DNA of 64,000 nucleotides from Candidatus Sericytochromatia bacterium (GTDB lineage Bacteria; Cyanobacteriota; Sericytochromatia; S15B-MN24; JAQBPE01): NCBI GenBank assembly GCA_035285325.1, contig JAYKJB010000009.1, positions 10,910 to 74,909 of the forward strand, read 5' to 3'. Shown piece by piece: positions 62,669 to 64,000 of this stretch (position 1 is its first letter; each line of letters starts with the position of its first letter). The notes under the pieces were generated by a model. It saw only the letters and a program-made list of their open reading frames with translations, ran no database searches and was not told where the DNA came from. The position numbers and the translations under genes were made by a program.

Positions 62669-63793
62669 ATGCCTGAAAATCAACCGAGGCGGTGGGCCCC
62701 CCGCCAGACCCTCGCGATTTCGCCTCAGGCCCTTTCGGCCCTGCTGGAAGCCAAACACCGCGAAGACGATGCCCGGATGGCCGAGGCCTTGCGGTCTGCG
62801 AAGGAACGGGTGGTCCACCGAGCCGCACAGGTGGACCAGTGGCGTCAACTGACAGACCTGTACGAATTGAGTCGTGCGCTGCTCACCGAGGCCAGAACGG
62901 GGCTCGGATTCACGGCCGGCCTGATCGCGACGGTGGGCGAGGACCACTTCTTGGAGGTCACCGGCTCGACCGATGCCGTCATCCCGGATTACCGCACGGA
63001 GTTGCTCGAGGAGGCCTTCATTGCGGGGGAAGTTCTGCGGGTCGACCCTCATGGAGAGGGACTCATCACCATCGGGAACACCGATGTGCCCGCTGGGATC
63101 AGCCTGCGCGCCTATCCCCTCTGGGACCTGGAGGAAGCGCCGCTTGGGGTGTTGCTGTTGGAGGGAGAGCCGACGCCTGACCGCGCGTCCTGGCTCGATA
63201 GCTTCACAGAACTATGCGCCACCGCGCTGGCCGAATGCCAACGTTATGTGCATCTTGAAGGCCTGCTGGTCGACGCGTTGCTCGCCCTGGCCGTGAGCCG
63301 GGAGGCACGCGCAGCCCATCTGAACCGGGTTCGCGTGCTGAGCCGCCGCGTGGCCCGCGCGATGGGCTTGGGACCGAGCGAAACCAAACGCATTGGTCTG
63401 CTCGCCATGATGCACGAATCAGACCCCGCCGTGCTGGACCAAGCCCTTCGCGAGGTTCGCCACGGCCGCCTGACCGGAGCGGCCTGGAAGCACATCGGCA
63501 CCTCTCAGCCCGCGGGCGAGATCTTCGGCAACCCGCGAGAAGACCTGCGCGACCTGATGGGGCAGTTGCGCTGGCTGAGGCCCGAGGGCGAGCAGCCAGC
63601 CGAAGGACGTGTCCCGCTCGGCATCCGGATCGTGCGCGTGGCAGATACCTTCGATGGCTTGATTGAGACGGACACCAAGCTGGACGCCGGACAACTCAAG
63701 GACATCGCCGACCTGCTCCGGCAGCAAGGACATCTCGACCCGGAGGTCGTCAGCGTGCTGGCGCACATGTTCGGCTCACCGAGCACCTACTGA
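62669..63793 (+). CDS. GAF domain plus HD-GYP-like (possibly degenerate) domain signalling protein
   Basis: An N-terminal GAF-like region is followed by an HD-GYP-like C-terminus with RIVRVADTFDGLIETDTKL. The canonical HD dyad is not obvious, so the domain may be non-catalytic. Confidence 0.65.
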   Translation: MPENQPRRWAPRQTLAISPQALSALLEAKHREDDARMAEALRSAKERVVHRAAQVDQWRQLTDLYELSRALLTEARTGLGFTAGLIATVGEDHFLEVTGSTDAVIPDYRTELLEEAFIAGEVLRVDPHGEGLITIGNTDVPAGISLRAYPLWDLEEAPLGVLLLEGEPTPDRASWLDSFTELCATALAECQRYVHLEGLLVDALLALAVSREARAAHLNRVRVLSRRVARAMGLGPSETKRIGLLAMMHESDPAVLDQALREVRHGRLTGAAWKHIGTSQPAGEIFGNPREDLRDLMGQLRWLRPEGEQPAEGRVPLGIRIVRVADTFDGLIETDTKLDAGQLKDIADLLRQQGHLDPEVVSVLAHMFGSPSTY

Positions 63794-64000
63794 GATGCTT
63801 CGCCTGAGAAAAGGCCTGGCCAGTAGGGCCGAAGCGCTTCCTGGGTGCGCCTGATGGCCAGCTCCACCGCCAGAGCGGGTTCCGGATAAGGACTCGCTCC
63901 CAGTCGATCGTGGACGGGCGCCTCCAGCAAGACGGCCACCGAAGCCCCCATGGACTCGCGCAGAGCCATCAGGTCATAGCCCCCCTCCATCAGGAAGACA
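63787..64000 (-). CDS. hypothetical protein, C-terminal fragment; gene starts beyond the window end
   Basis: The minus-strand frame is open to nt 64000 and translates to ...GGYDLMALRESMGASVAVLLEAPVHDRLGASPYPEPALAVELAIRRTQEALRPYWPGLFSGEASQ. Confidence 0.3.
   Translation of the reverse strand, partial: VFLMEGGYDLMALRESMGASVAVLLEAPVHDRLGASPYPEPALAVELAIRRTQEALRPYWPGLFSGEASQ

Overview
A 64 kb stretch of a very GC-rich bacterial chromosome (about two-thirds G+C by eye; long spurious antisense ORFs are everywhere in the six-frame track). Genes are dense on both strands. A conserved backbone alternates with more accessory-looking segments. The backbone includes pmbA/tldD, tatD, metG, murI, a DEAD-box helicase, phnDCE, a CCA-type nucleotidyltransferase, thiolase, accD-accA-pfkA, ETF-QO, lspA, enoyl-CoA hydratase, an acyl-CoA carboxyltransferase, tRNA-Gly(CCC) and initiator tRNA-fMet. 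The cell envelope is clearly diderm: many lipobox lipoproteins, an SLH-coiled-coil-beta-barrel outer-membrane protein (SlpA/OmpM type, as in Deinococcus-Thermus and other diderm Terrabacteria), a TonB-C protein, and beta-barrels ending in Phe. The items I consider most worth a second look are: (1) a membrane-anchored thioredoxin-fold gene split by one in-frame TGA exactly where the first Cys of CXXC belongs (R-U-P-A-C), a candidate selenoprotein; (2) a translationally coupled operon of a 1017-aa TPR protein, an outer-membrane beta-barrel and a TonB-C protein; (3) an orphan full-length FlhB/YscU-type export-gate gene with no flagellar or T3SS neighbours; (4) a GATAAY-N4-ATTATC palindrome present twice, once followed by three phased CAGATAAT repeats in a convergent intergenic region (Fur-box-like, candidate regulated sRNA locus), and once inside an AT-rich island between an orphan Dam methyltransferase and a VOC/class-II-photolyase pair; (5) an ADP-ribosylglycohydrolase with an N-terminal Cys4 extension next to a double PRC-barrel protein. 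No CRISPR array, integrase or transposase was seen. Start codons are my inference from signal peptides and RBS context, and coordinates I derived by hand may be off by a few nt.
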